Origin: Candidatus Binataceae bacterium
GTDB taxonomy: Bacteria > Desulfobacterota > Binatia > Binatales > Binataceae
Direction: 5' to 3'
Assembly: GCA_963722605.1 (NCBI GenBank)
Contig: CAVRNO010000004.1
Span: 538,335 to 602,334, forward strand
DNA length: 64,000 nt
Positions within the stretch are counted from its first letter, which is position 1. Every line of letters begins with the position of its first letter. Under the pieces are notes generated by a model, which worked only from the letters and a program-made list of their open reading frames with translations, did no database searches and was not told the DNA's origin. Position numbers and translations under genes: made by a program. Shown here one piece after another: positions 47,293 through 56,990 of this stretch.

Positions 47293-48335
47293 ATGAGCAG
47301 AGTATTCGTTCTGGGTGCTGGCGCATCCGCCTTCGCTGGGTATCCCCTCGCTCTGGATCTGTGGCGATTTATTCGCGACTCGGACCCGGCAGAGTCTCAA
47401 GCTCGCGAAGCGCACGCGGCAGTTATGAAGGTCATAGAACCTATCGTGCGAACGAACCTTCTTCCGCAAGAAGATGGCCGTCCGAATCTGGAGAACCTCT
47501 TTACACAGTTGGACCTTGGCCACATGGGGATCGGCCCGGAGGAACTGAGACTCGGAGATTGGCCCCTAATCCGAATGAAAATTGTGCGTCTAATAGTCGA
47601 AAATTTCCGATGGCAAGAATGGCGATTCCAAGGGCAGATAGTTCATGCCCGTTACCAGTCGGGTCTTGAGGTAGATCGCACCTTAGCGTTGTCCGTCCTC
47701 GATGCATGGGCGGATACGCTCAAACCGGGGGATACAATACTGAGTTTCAATTGGGATCTTTTTGCACGAATCGGCTTTGTGGCGCGCCGGCAAATGGCAT
47801 TTTGCAGACGGCTATGGCTTTCAATGTAGAGACGCGCCAGATTCTACTCACTCACCCGTCAAGATTCTGAAACTGCACGGATCCGTCAAATTGGGCCCAA
47901 GAATCAGACATGGACATTGCAGCCGAAATTGAGAACAAGAGAGATTTCTTCGAAGGCGCGGCTGACGATCGAAACACATTTCTGAAACGACGCGGTGCTT
48001 GGAACATGGGGCGACAGTTGATCGTTCCGAGCTACATCAAGGACCCGAGCGCTAATCGTCTTCTCGTCCGTATATGGAACCAAGCGGAAGCGGCATTACG
48101 CCAAGCCGATGAGATAATCGTAATCGGTTTCAGTCTCAACAAGGCTGACTCAGCCGCACGAAGGCTGTTCGCAACAGCTTTGGACGGAAGGTCGCCGACG
48201 CCTCGTCTTGTGGTTGTCTCCCCGGAGCAGCCTGAATGGGATATGTTCTGCTACTACAACCTGCAGATCAAACAAGAACGAATCAGGAAACGGTTTGAAG
48301 ACTGGATCACAACAAGACCGATTTCCGACGATTGA
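47293..48335 (+). pseudogene. SIR2-like (SIR2_2 / DHS-like NAD-binding) gene disrupted by several frameshifts
   Basis: N-terminus VFVLGAGASAFAGYPLALDLWRFI (SIR2_2 start pattern). KILKLHGSV (LHGS motif) is in another frame at ~47860-47890. The C-terminal ORF contains IIVIGFSLNKADS. At least three single-base shifts are needed between 47800 and 47900. Confidence 0.5.
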
Positions 48336-48355
48336 GGCGTTCGTACGCTGTAAGC

Positions 48356-48664
48356 ATGGCTCGCGCAAAGAAAATACCGCCGCTTCACCCCGGCGAGGTC
48401 CTGTACGAGGACTTCATCGTTCCGACCGGCGTCAGCATCCATCAGCTCGCGATGGATTTGCGGGTGCCGGCCAATCGGATCGCGGAAATCGTGAAGGGCC
48501 AGCGCGCGATATCCGCAGACACCGCGCTTCGCCTCGCTCGTTATCTCGGTACGTCGGCGGAATTCTGGCTGGGATTGCAAAGCGACTACGAACTCGAAAA
48601 AGCCAAAGACGAGCTGGCGCCCAAAATCGAGCGCGAGGTCCGTCCCCGCAAGCGCGCGGCGTGA
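48356..48664 (+). CDS. HigA-like XRE-family HTH protein
   Basis: KIPPLHPGEVLYEDFIVPTGVSIHQLAMDLRVPANRIAEIVKGQRAISADTALRLARYLGTSAEFWLGLQSDYELEKA is the canonical antidote HTH. No cognate toxin ORF is evident upstream. Confidence 0.65.
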   Translation: MARAKKIPPLHPGEVLYEDFIVPTGVSIHQLAMDLRVPANRIAEIVKGQRAISADTALRLARYLGTSAEFWLGLQSDYELEKAKDELAPKIEREVRPRKRAA

Positions 48665-48764
48665 CGCGCGCCGCGCCTGCCGTCCCCTTTTCACCCAGCC
48701 GGAACTAGGCTATCCAAGGTACAACGGCGGCTGACAATTGCCCCGGCCCGGAGGTTTCCCAGTC

Positions 48765-49634
48765 TTGCACGCCATCAACTACGAAGCCCCAACCACGCTC
48801 GATCAGGCGATCGGCATCCTCAAAGCCCACGGCGAAAACGCCCGCCCGTTCTGCGGCGGTACCGACCTCATCATCCAATTGCGCGCCGGAGTCCGCCGCA
48901 CCGAGCATCTCGTTGACATCAAGAAAATCAAGGAGCTGCAAACTCTCTCCTTCGATGCGAAGAAGGGATTGCGGCTCGGCGCGGCCGTGCCTTGCATCGA
49001 CGTCGGCGAGAGCAAGGTGATGCGGCGTCATTACCCCGGCCTGACCGAGGCGGCCAATCTCATCGGCTCGATTCAGATTCGCAACCGCGCCTCGGTGGGC
49101 GGCAATCTGTGCAATGGATCTCCCGCCGCCGACACCACCCCTGCCCTGATTGCGCTCGGCGCGCGCGCCCGAATCGCCGGCCCCAAGGGCGAGCGCGAGG
49201 TGCCGGTCGAGGATTTCGTCGTATCGCCCGGACGCACCGTGCTCAAGCCCGGCGAGTTGCTGGTCGAACTCCTGGTTCCGGCCCCCGCGCCCCATTCGAG
49301 CGACGCCTATCTTCGTTTCATCCCGCGCAACGAGATGGATATCGCCGTCGTCGGCGTGGGCGCCGCGCTTACCCTCGACGGCGACAAGGTCAAGGCCGCG
49401 CGGATCGCGCTGGGCGCCGTTGCGCCGACTCCGATCTTCGCAAGCAAAGCCTCCGCCGCGCTCATTGGCAAGAAACTCGGCGACGCCGCGCTCGAGGCCG
49501 CCGGACGTGCGGCGAGCGCCGCCTGTTCGCCGATCGACGACATGCGCGGAACCGCGGAATTTCGGCTTCACATCGCCGCGGTGCTCACCCGCCGCGTGCT
49601 CTCAATCGCCGCCGAACGCGCGAAAAAGAACTGA
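48765..49634 (+). CDS. FAD-binding (medium) subunit of a xanthine-dehydrogenase / CO-dehydrogenase-family molybdoenzyme
   Basis: CoxM/XdhB-like FAD-binding domain (..YEAPTTLDQAIGILKAHGENARPFCGGTDL..). Probable TTG start at 48765, with GGAGG 10 nt upstream. Confidence 0.8.
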   Translation: MHAINYEAPTTLDQAIGILKAHGENARPFCGGTDLIIQLRAGVRRTEHLVDIKKIKELQTLSFDAKKGLRLGAAVPCIDVGESKVMRRHYPGLTEAANLIGSIQIRNRASVGGNLCNGSPAADTTPALIALGARARIAGPKGEREVPVEDFVVSPGRTVLKPGELLVELLVPAPAPHSSDAYLRFIPRNEMDIAVVGVGAALTLDGDKVKAARIALGAVAPTPIFASKASAALIGKKLGDAALEAAGRAASAACSPIDDMRGTAEFRLHIAAVLTRRVLSIAAERAKKN

Positions 49635-49668
49635 ATCACGACGACTCAACCCAACGGCAAATATCACA

Positions 49669-50172
49669 ATGTCAAAAAAGACTCTGGTAGAAGCGACGAT
49701 TAACGGCGAAACCGTCGAGTTTCTGTGCGAGCCGCGCCAAAGCCTGCTCGAAACCCTGCGCGACGTGCTCGAACTCACCGGCTCCAAGGAAGGATGCCTC
49801 ACCGGCGATTGCGGCGCTTGCACCGTGCTGGTCGACGGCCGCCCGGTCTGCTCGTGCCTGATGCTTGGCGTCGAAGCGCAAGGCAGGAACATCGTGACCG
49901 TCGAAGGGCTCGCCATCAACGGCGTGCTTAACATTTTGCAGAAAAAGTTTCTCGAGCACGCGGCCTTGCAGTGCGGCATCTGCACGCCCGGATTCCTGAT
50001 CTCGGCCAAGTCGCTGCTCGATCGCAATCCGAAACCGACTGAGCACGAAGTCCGCTACGCGCTGGCCGGCAATCTGTGCCGATGCACCGGTTACGACAAG
50101 ATCGTCAAGGCGGTGCTCGACGCGGCTGCCGATATTCGCTCCCAGCACGAAGGCAAAGCGGCCGCACGATGA
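49669..50172 (+). CDS. (2Fe-2S)-binding small subunit of the molybdoenzyme
   Basis: CLTGDCGACTV and CGICTPGF...CRCTGY cluster motifs. ATG at 49669; the track ORF starting at 49150 is an upstream over-extension. Confidence 0.85.
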   Translation: MSKKTLVEATINGETVEFLCEPRQSLLETLRDVLELTGSKEGCLTGDCGACTVLVDGRPVCSCLMLGVEAQGRNIVTVEGLAINGVLNILQKKFLEHAALQCGICTPGFLISAKSLLDRNPKPTEHEVRYALAGNLCRCTGYDKIVKAVLDAAADIRSQHEGKAAAR

Positions 50173-50230
50173 GACCATCGGATGACTGACCGGACCACCG
50201 ATACGCGCTGGCGATTCGAGAGGTAAGGGC

Positions 50231-52498
50231 ATGGCGGAATCAACCACCACAGGCGATTTCAAAGTCATCGGCACGCGTCCGATTCGGCCCGATGGCGTCG
50301 ACAAAGTGATCGGCCGCGCCAAGTTCGGCGCCGACTACGCATTCCCCGGGATGCTCCACGGCAAGGTGCTGCGCAGCCCGCACGCCCACGCGATTATCAA
50401 ATCGATCAAATTCGACAAGGCGCTCAAGCTCCCCGGCGTCAAGGCTATCGTCACCGCCAAGGATCTCCCGGATATCGAGAACAAGCTCGAACAGGCCGGC
50501 GAGATGATGATCAATCCAAGGCACCTGTCGATGAACATCCTCGCGCGCGACAAGGTCCTGTACGACGGCCATGCGATCGCCGCCGTCGCCGCGACCAGCC
50601 CGCATATCGCCGAGGAAGCGCTGCGCCTCATCGAAGTCGATTACGAAGTGCTGCCGCCCGTGATGACCGTCGATGCCGCCATGAAGCCGGGCGCCCCGAT
50701 TCTCCACCAGGACCTGCGCAACCATGAGGAAGGCGACAAGCCGACCAACGTCGCGCAGCACTACCAGTTCAAACGCGGCGACCTCGAGGCGGGCTTCAAG
50801 GCTGCCGACTATGTGATCGAGCGCGAATTCAACACCGCGATGGTGCATCAGGGATACATCGAGCCGCACAACGCCGTCGGCATCTACAACTCCGACGGAC
50901 AGGCGACGATTTACTGCTCGACCCAGGGCTCCTTCGACGTGCGCTCGCTCAGCGCGCAGGTGTTGGGGATGCCGGTCGGGAAAATCAAAGTCGTGCCGGC
51001 CGAAATCGGCGGCGGCTTCGGCGGCAAAACCACCATCTACCTCGAGCCGCTCTCGGTGCTGCTCTCCAAAAAGACCGGCGCCCCCGTCAAGCTCGTCATG
51101 TCGCGCTCGGAAGTGCTCCGCGCGAGCGGGCCGACCCCCGGCTCGAAGATCAAAGTGAAGATGGGCGCGACCAAGGACGGCACGCTCGTCGCCGCCGAAA
51201 TCTGGATGGCGTACGAGGCCGGCGGATTCCCGGGCTCGATGGTGGCGGCCGGCGCGATGTGCATCATCGCGCCTTACACCTTCGAGAATTTTCAAATCGA
51301 CGCCTACGACGTAGTGGTCAATCGGCCCAAGACCAACGCCTATCGCGCGCCCGGCGCAACCAACGCCGCGTTCGCCTCCGAGACTGTGATCGACGAACTG
51401 GCCGAAAAGTGCAAAATCGATCCGCTCGACTTCCGGATCAAGAACGGCGTCAAGGAAGGCTCGGCCCAGATCATGGGCCCTCCCTTCAAGCGCATCGGCT
51501 TTATCCAGACCTGCGAAGCGATCAAGAACAGCCCGCATTACAACTCGAAACTGACCGGCAAGTTCCGCGGACGCGGCGTCGCCTCGGGCTTCTGGTTCAA
51601 CGCCGGGATGCAGTCCTCGGCTACCGTGAATATCCACACCGACGGCACCGCCAGCGTCGTCACCGGCTCCCCGGATATCGGCGGCTCGCGCGCGTCGATG
51701 GCGATGATCACCGCCGAAGTGCTCGGACTCCCCGTGACTGACGTGCGGCCGCTCACCGCCGACACCGATTCGATCGGCCATACCGACGTCTCCGCCGGCA
51801 GCCGCGTCACTTTTGCAACCGGGATGGCGGTGTACGAGGCGGCCAAGGACGCCGTGCGCCAGTTGATCGAGCGCGCCGCCAAGGTCTGGGAGAAAAAGCC
51901 CGACGATGTCGAATTCCGCGACGGGATGGTCCATCTAAAGGGCGACGGCGTGCCCCCCATGTCGATCAAGCAGCTCGCACCACGCCTGGCCCGCACCGGC
52001 GGTCCGATCACCGGCCGCGCCAGCGTCAATGCGCGCGGCGTCGGCCCCGGATTTGCCACCACCCTCGTCGATGTCGAGGTCGATCCCGACACCGGCAAGG
52101 TGCAAGTGCTGCGATGCACCGTCGCGCAAGACGCCGGCAAGGCGATTCATCCGGCCTACGTCGAAGGACAAATGCAGGGCGGAACGGTGCAGGGACTCGG
52201 TTGGGCGCTCAACGAAGAATACTTCTATGACGACAAGGGCACGCTGCGTAATACCGGCTTCCTCGACTACCGCATCCCGACCTGCCTCGACTTGCCGATG
52301 ATCGAGACGGTCATCGTCGAGGAAGCAAACCCCGGCCATCCGCTAGGCGTGCGCGGCGTCGGCGAGGCGTCGATCGTGCCGGCGGTGGCGGCGGTCGCCA
52401 ATGCGATCTATCACGCGGTGGGCGTCCGGATGACCGAGACGCCGATGTCCCCGCCCAGGTTGCTCAAGGCGATCCTGAAGCATCGCGGCGCCAACTAA
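50231..52498 (+). CDS. Molybdopterin-binding large subunit (xanthine dehydrogenase / aldehyde oxidase / CoxL family)
   Basis: 755 aa with the conserved MoCo-binding architecture; M-S-L gene order. Confidence 0.85.
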   Translation: MAESTTTGDFKVIGTRPIRPDGVDKVIGRAKFGADYAFPGMLHGKVLRSPHAHAIIKSIKFDKALKLPGVKAIVTAKDLPDIENKLEQAGEMMINPRHLSMNILARDKVLYDGHAIAAVAATSPHIAEEALRLIEVDYEVLPPVMTVDAAMKPGAPILHQDLRNHEEGDKPTNVAQHYQFKRGDLEAGFKAADYVIEREFNTAMVHQGYIEPHNAVGIYNSDGQATIYCSTQGSFDVRSLSAQVLGMPVGKIKVVPAEIGGGFGGKTTIYLEPLSVLLSKKTGAPVKLVMSRSEVLRASGPTPGSKIKVKMGATKDGTLVAAEIWMAYEAGGFPGSMVAAGAMCIIAPYTFENFQIDAYDVVVNRPKTNAYRAPGATNAAFASETVIDELAEKCKIDPLDFRIKNGVKEGSAQIMGPPFKRIGFIQTCEAIKNSPHYNSKLTGKFRGRGVASGFWFNAGMQSSATVNIHTDGTASVVTGSPDIGGSRASMAMITAEVLGLPVTDVRPLTADTDSIGHTDVSAGSRVTFATGMAVYEAAKDAVRQLIERAAKVWEKKPDDVEFRDGMVHLKGDGVPPMSIKQLAPRLARTGGPITGRASVNARGVGPGFATTLVDVEVDPDTGKVQVLRCTVAQDAGKAIHPAYVEGQMQGGTVQGLGWALNEEYFYDDKGTLRNTGFLDYRIPTCLDLPMIETVIVEEANPGHPLGVRGVGEASIVPAVAAVANAIYHAVGVRMTETPMSPPRLLKAILKHRGAN

Positions 52499-52570
52499 CG
52501 TTCCGCCGCGGCGGATTGACAGCGAGTGATCGAAAAGCGGCGGGCCAAGCCGCCCGCCTATTTTTCTGCA

Positions 52571-52840
52571 ATGCCAACCGTTGTGATTCCCGCGCTGCTG
52601 CGCAAATTCACCGGCGGCGTCGAGCGCGTCGAGGTGCCGGGAAAATCGATTCGCGAGCTGGTTCGGAACCTCGGCGAGCGTTTTCCGGGTATCGACCGCC
52701 AATTGCTCGACAATGGCGACATCCGGCCGTCGATCGCGGTCTCCATCGACGGTGAAATAGCCACCGGCGGCGTGCTCGACACCGTCGGCGAGAACAGCGA
52801 AGTGCATTTCTTTCCCGCGATTGGCGGAGGCAGGGCCTGA
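52571..52840 (+). CDS. MoaD/ThiS-family sulfur-carrier-like protein
   Basis: ~90 aa, ubiquitin-like, ending ...FFPAIGGGRA with a C-terminal Gly-Gly; directly follows the molybdoenzyme genes. Confidence 0.55.
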   Translation: MPTVVIPALLRKFTGGVERVEVPGKSIRELVRNLGERFPGIDRQLLDNGDIRPSIAVSIDGEIATGGVLDTVGENSEVHFFPAIGGGRA

Positions 52841-53165
52841 GCGCCAAAAGGACGCGCGCGAAAGGCGCTGTTTCCCTGCTGATAGCGGGTTAGACCGGCA
52901 TCCTGAGCGCAGTTGCAACGTACACGCAGTTGCGTACAATACCTCTGTCGGCCGGGGTTTGCCCCCCTTTTCCCGGTTGGCTAAGGGCCGGGTGGAGCAA
53001 TCTGCCTGGCCCTAATTTTTTTGGTTCGGTATGATTTCCTGACCGCCGCGTCGGAGTAATTTCCTTTCCACAATGCTAACAGACTTCCAGCCTTCAGTTC
53101 GATCTTCTTGCTAACTGCCTGTCGCGTCGATATAAATCTCGGCCATCACAAGATTGAGGACTGAA

Positions 53166-53441
53166 ATGACGTACAAATATCCGTTTGCCTCAGCCAGCGA
53201 ACAGTTGAAGCTGAGCGTATGGGCAAAGGGTGAGACCGCCATGGGGTACAACCCGATCTTCTACCGTCGTGACGCGTTCGGTACCTGGATGCAGTACAGC
53301 GCGCATGGTAATACGTCGTCTCATTTTGGTTGGGAGATCGCTCACATTAGGCCCATTGCAAAAGGCGGAACCGACGAGCTTTCCAATCTTCAACCGCTCC
53401 AATGGCGGAACAACCGCAACCGGAGCCGTCCCTCGCCGTAA
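53166..53441 (+). CDS. HNH endonuclease
   Basis: HFGWEIAHIRPIAKGGTDELSNLQPLQWRNN is the HNH motif (H..H...N......N); lower local G+C by eye. Confidence 0.6.
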   Translation: MTYKYPFASASEQLKLSVWAKGETAMGYNPIFYRRDAFGTWMQYSAHGNTSSHFGWEIAHIRPIAKGGTDELSNLQPLQWRNNRNRSRPSP

Positions 53442-53466
53442 ACCGTCCCGTCCGATTCTCTTTTCA

Positions 53467-53527
53467 CTGGGTGCAGGGGTCAGCCCCTGCGGTGCAGGGC
53501 TCAGCCCTGCCAGGGCTCAGCCCTGCC
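53467..53527. repeat. Cluster of three REP-like palindromic units
   Basis: GGGTGCAGGGGTCAGCCCCTGC, GGTGCAGGGCTCAGCCCTGCC and AGGGCTCAGCCCTGCC; the same family recurs at 56810-56990. Confidence 0.55.
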
Positions 53528-53528
53528 G

Positions 53529-53984
53529 CTACCGCTCGCGGTGCCGGTAAACCAGTACCGAGCACGGCGCGATGCGCAACAGCTTCTCGGTGACGCTGCC
53601 GAGCAAAAGACGCTCGCCGCCGGTCCGCCCGTGCGTCGCAACCATGATTAGGTCGATCTCCTGCTCTTTGGCGTACGCGGCGAGTTTCTGAACCGGAGCG
53701 CCGACCACGGCAAACGTGATGACCTTCTTCGAATCGCCGAACTCGTCCTTCTTGATCCGCGCGAGTTCCTGTTCCGCCTGCTCGAGCATCGCCGATTCCC
53801 GCGCCAGCTCGCGGTTCTGCTCGATCGTGGACGGGATGAAACTTTGCTGCGGCGCGATCACGTGCATCAGGTGAACTTCGCTGGCGCCGAGGTCTTTCGC
53901 CAGCTCCATCGCGCCACGCATCGCTTCCATCGAGTGTTCGGAAAAGTCGATCGGGGCAAGAATTTTCTTGATATTCTGAATCAT
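53529..53984 (-). CDS. Universal stress protein (UspA family)
   Basis: ILAPIDFSEHSMEAM...HLMHVI and the C-terminal ATP-binding motif MVATHGRTGGERLLLGSVTEKLL. GGAGG RBS before the ATG at 53984. Confidence 0.8.
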   Translation of the reverse strand: MIQNIKKILAPIDFSEHSMEAMRGAMELAKDLGASEVHLMHVIAPQQSFIPSTIEQNRELARESAMLEQAEQELARIKKDEFGDSKKVITFAVVGAPVQKLAAYAKEQEIDLIMVATHGRTGGERLLLGSVTEKLLRIAPCSVLVYRHRER

Positions 53985-54121
53985 AAGGGCCTCCCGGCTG
54001 CGATGGACAGAGTCTGGGATTACCATGCGCTTCGCCGCCACTGCAAACCCGCCCCGGTCTATGCCATTATCCCGGCAAACCGCCGCCTCTTCGGCGCCAC
54101 AAGGACAGGAAGGGATTTCAC

Positions 54122-55177
54122 ATGAAGGGAACTGTTTTCCACGGCCCCCACGACGTCCGCGTTGAGCGTGTTGACGACCCCGCGCTGCAGACTCCCACCG
54201 ACGCGCTGGTGCGAATCACCCGCGCGGGAATTTGCGGCTCCGACCTGCACTTCTATGACGGCGCGCTGCCCATCGTGCCCGGCTTCGTGCTGGGCCATGA
54301 GGGCGTCGGCGTGATCGAGGAAGTGGGGGCGGGCGTCGATCGGCTGAAGAAGGGGGATCGGGTCGTGATGTCGGGGGTGGTCGCCTGCGGCCGATGCTAC
54401 TTCTGCCGGCGCGGGCAGTCGGCGCAATGCGCGGAAAGTGGGTCCGCCATCTTCGGCTACGGAGCCAATTCCGCGGGCAAGCTCGGATGGCTGGGGGGCG
54501 AGCAATCCGAGGCGGTGCGGGTGCCGATGGCGGATTACACATGCTATCCGCTGCCCGACGCGATCGACGATGATGCCGCGGTCTTTCTCGCCGATATCCT
54601 GCCGACCGGCTTTTTCGGCGCGGTCAACGGCGATATCCGGCCGGGCGACACCGTGGCGGTTTTCGGATGCGGTCCGGTGGGTTTATGCGCCGTGATGTGC
54701 GCCAAGCTGTTCGGCCCCGCCGAGGTGATCGCCGTCGATAGCATCCCGTACCGGCTGGAACGGGCGCGCAAGCTCGGTGCGATGCCGGTGAACCTGGAGC
54801 AAGCGCATCAGACGATTCTCGATCGCACCGATGGACGCGGCGCCGACGTGACGATCGAGGCGGTGGGCAACGAGAGCGCGCTGACGGCTGCGATAATGGC
54901 TGCGCGCGGGGGAGGAACAGTGTCGGTAATCGGCGTGTTCGGCGCGCCTTCGTTCAATTTTCCAGTCGGCTACGCGTTTATGCGCGATCTCACGCTTCGG
55001 ATCGGGCTTGCGAACATCAACGCGCACATACCTGAACTGACGCGCCTGATCGAACGCGGCGCGATCGACCCGCGCCCGCTGGTCAGCCACGTGATGCCGC
55101 TGCGCGATGCCGCCAAGGGCTACGAAATCTTCAGCGCCCGCAAAGACAACGTGATGAAGGTGCTGTTGAAGCCCTGA
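54122..55177 (+). CDS. Zinc-dependent alcohol dehydrogenase (MDR family)
   Basis: GHEGVGVIEEVG zinc site, structural-Zn cysteines (CGRCYFCRRG) and the GCGPVGL NAD-binding motif. Confidence 0.85.
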   Translation: MKGTVFHGPHDVRVERVDDPALQTPTDALVRITRAGICGSDLHFYDGALPIVPGFVLGHEGVGVIEEVGAGVDRLKKGDRVVMSGVVACGRCYFCRRGQSAQCAESGSAIFGYGANSAGKLGWLGGEQSEAVRVPMADYTCYPLPDAIDDDAAVFLADILPTGFFGAVNGDIRPGDTVAVFGCGPVGLCAVMCAKLFGPAEVIAVDSIPYRLERARKLGAMPVNLEQAHQTILDRTDGRGADVTIEAVGNESALTAAIMAARGGGTVSVIGVFGAPSFNFPVGYAFMRDLTLRIGLANINAHIPELTRLIERGAIDPRPLVSHVMPLRDAAKGYEIFSARKDNVMKVLLKP

Positions 55178-55338
55178 GATGGGGTGCTGTGCTCAGCCGC
55201 AGTTTCCCATCGGGCTCCTGACCTTGGCGATACCGCCATTCTTTGGCGTGCAAGTCGGCGCACCAGTGTCGGTGCCGGCCGCTATCGAGCCCTTGGTCGC
55301 GAGCGCGGTTACAACGCTCCCGGTGTTCACACAAACCG

Positions 55339-56466
55339 CTACCGCCTCGCCGCCGGCGCCGAACCGGTGGCGGTCGCCTTGCACCGCGCCGCGTTCGCTA
55401 CTCCCTCGACATCATTCGCCCCGTCGCTCGCGGCAGCCTTCGCGGCGCCGCCGTTTGATGCTTGGGCCACGGCAACGCTTCCAGCTCCGCTTGAAACGCT
55501 GTTCGCCTTCCCGCCTCCACCTTCTATTTCGGAGACGGCCTGAGCGGCCGCATCCTTCGCCGTCGCTACTGCGTCGCCGCCCCCTCCTGACGGAATCCCC
55601 GCCACGGCCGTAGCACCGCCGGTGGAGGTCGCAGTGGCTTTGCCTCCGCCGGTGTCCGTAATCTCCGCGACGGCCGTGCTGCTATCGCCTTTGGCGGTCG
55701 ATTTGGTTGCCCCGCTTATTGCCGAGGACACCGCCGTGTCGTTCACTCCCGACGCGGATGCCACAGCGGCGCCGCCGTTTGCTACCTGGGCCGTCGCAGT
55801 GCTTCCATTTCCGCTTGAAACGCTATTTGCCTTCCCGCCTCCGCCTTCTATTATGGACTCTGCCTGAGCGGTCGCATCCTTCGCCGTCGCGACTGCGTTC
55901 CCGCCCCCTCCTGATGGAATCTCCGCCACGGCCGTAGCGCCGCCGGTGGAGGTCGCGGTCGCTTTGCCTCCTCCGCTTTCCGAAATCACTGCGTCGGCTA
56001 TGCTGTCGTTGCCTTTGGCCGCCGCCTTGGTTGCACCGCTGGCCGCGACGGCATCCGCCACGGCGTGGTCTCCCGACGCGGTTGCTCCAGCCTTGGCGGC
56101 ACTTAGTGCCTCGGCCACCGCCGCGGCGTCCGTTCCCGACGCGGAACTGGTAGCGTTGCTGTTACTATCTGCCACAGCCGTCGCCGCGCTGCCCGTTCCC
56201 GACGCGGAACTTTTAGCCGTGCTGCCGTTCTCCGCCAGTGAATCCGCCGCGCCTTGGTCCGATGCGTGGGCTGTCGCCCTGTTCGGTGGGCCGGTTGAAG
56301 CATCGCAGGTGACCGCAGTACCGTCAACGTTCGTAGCCGAGACGTTCGTGGTGATCGTCGAGCATGACTCTTTGTCCGAGGCCGCGAACGCCTCGGCGCG
56401 AGCCACGACGAGAGCAAGTACAACCGCGGCTATTGCCGCGCCGGTCTGAACGATTCGTGTCTGCAT
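55339..56466 (-). CDS. Secreted low-complexity Ala/Gly/Ser/Thr-rich repeat protein
   Basis: Signal peptide MQTRIVQTGAAIAAVVLALVVARAEA. About 90-aa internal duplications (SGGGKATATSTGGATAVA(E/G)IPSGGGG(N/D)AVATAKDA(T/A)AQA...). Confidence 0.55.
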   Translation of the reverse strand: MQTRIVQTGAAIAAVVLALVVARAEAFAASDKESCSTITTNVSATNVDGTAVTCDASTGPPNRATAHASDQGAADSLAENGSTAKSSASGTGSAATAVADSNSNATSSASGTDAAAVAEALSAAKAGATASGDHAVADAVAASGATKAAAKGNDSIADAVISESGGGKATATSTGGATAVAEIPSGGGGNAVATAKDATAQAESIIEGGGGKANSVSSGNGSTATAQVANGGAAVASASGVNDTAVSSAISGATKSTAKGDSSTAVAEITDTGGGKATATSTGGATAVAGIPSGGGGDAVATAKDAAAQAVSEIEGGGGKANSVSSGAGSVAVAQASNGGAAKAAASDGANDVEGVANAARCKATATGSAPAARR

Positions 56467-56602
56467 GAATTTCCCCTCCGCTCCGCGATCGGGAAGTAAC
56501 CTGATGGCCCTTGTCCCGGAAAAGATATTTTGTGCGGCTTGACGACCCTGTCCGTCTCAGCTCTCCCTGCCTGAGTCGCACGCGGGCCGGCGCGGCCAAC
56601 TA

Positions 56603-56697
56603 ATCCGGGATTTCCGTCTTGAGTCCCCGATTGCAGTTCCCCTATAGACCCGACGGCTTCCCTAGAGCAAGGTTCCCGGCCGGCTTTGGCCCACGCC
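56603..56697 (+). repeat. ~100-bp repeat element, copy 1 (paired with 58181-58287)
   Basis: By eye ~75% identity to copy 2 (CCGG(G/A)ATTTCCG.(C/T)TTGAG.C(C/T)CCGATT(G/C)CAGTTCC.CTATAGAC...GCAAGGTTCC.GGCCGG.TT). Confidence 0.5.
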
Positions 56698-56885
56698 CTT
56701 TCCAGCGGCGCCGCATCTCCATCTTAACTTGTTCTAACAGGGTCCTTCGGCCTGCTCAGGATAAACTCCACCCGCATCCCGCGGCGGTGCCGATTTTCTT
56801 ACTTTTCACCGGGCGCAGGGGTCACCCCTGGCCGTTGGCACGGCTGGCCAGTATTAAGAAACCGCGCAACCGCGGCAGTGGACGC

Positions 56886-56990
56886 GCGCGACAACGGAGC
56901 GCGGCCTTAAGACCGGGTGCAGGGATCAGCCCCTGCCGCGCGACAACGGAGCGCGGCCTTAACACTGGGTGCAGGGCTCAGCCCTGCTCA
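56886..56990. repeat. Two tandem ~52-bp REP-like units
   Basis: CGCGCGACAACGGAGCGCGGCCTTAA(G/C)AC(C/T)GGGTGCAGGG(A/C)TCAGCCC(C)TGC occurs twice. A related palindrome GCGCAGGGGTCACCCCTGG lies at 56813-56834. Confidence 0.55.
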
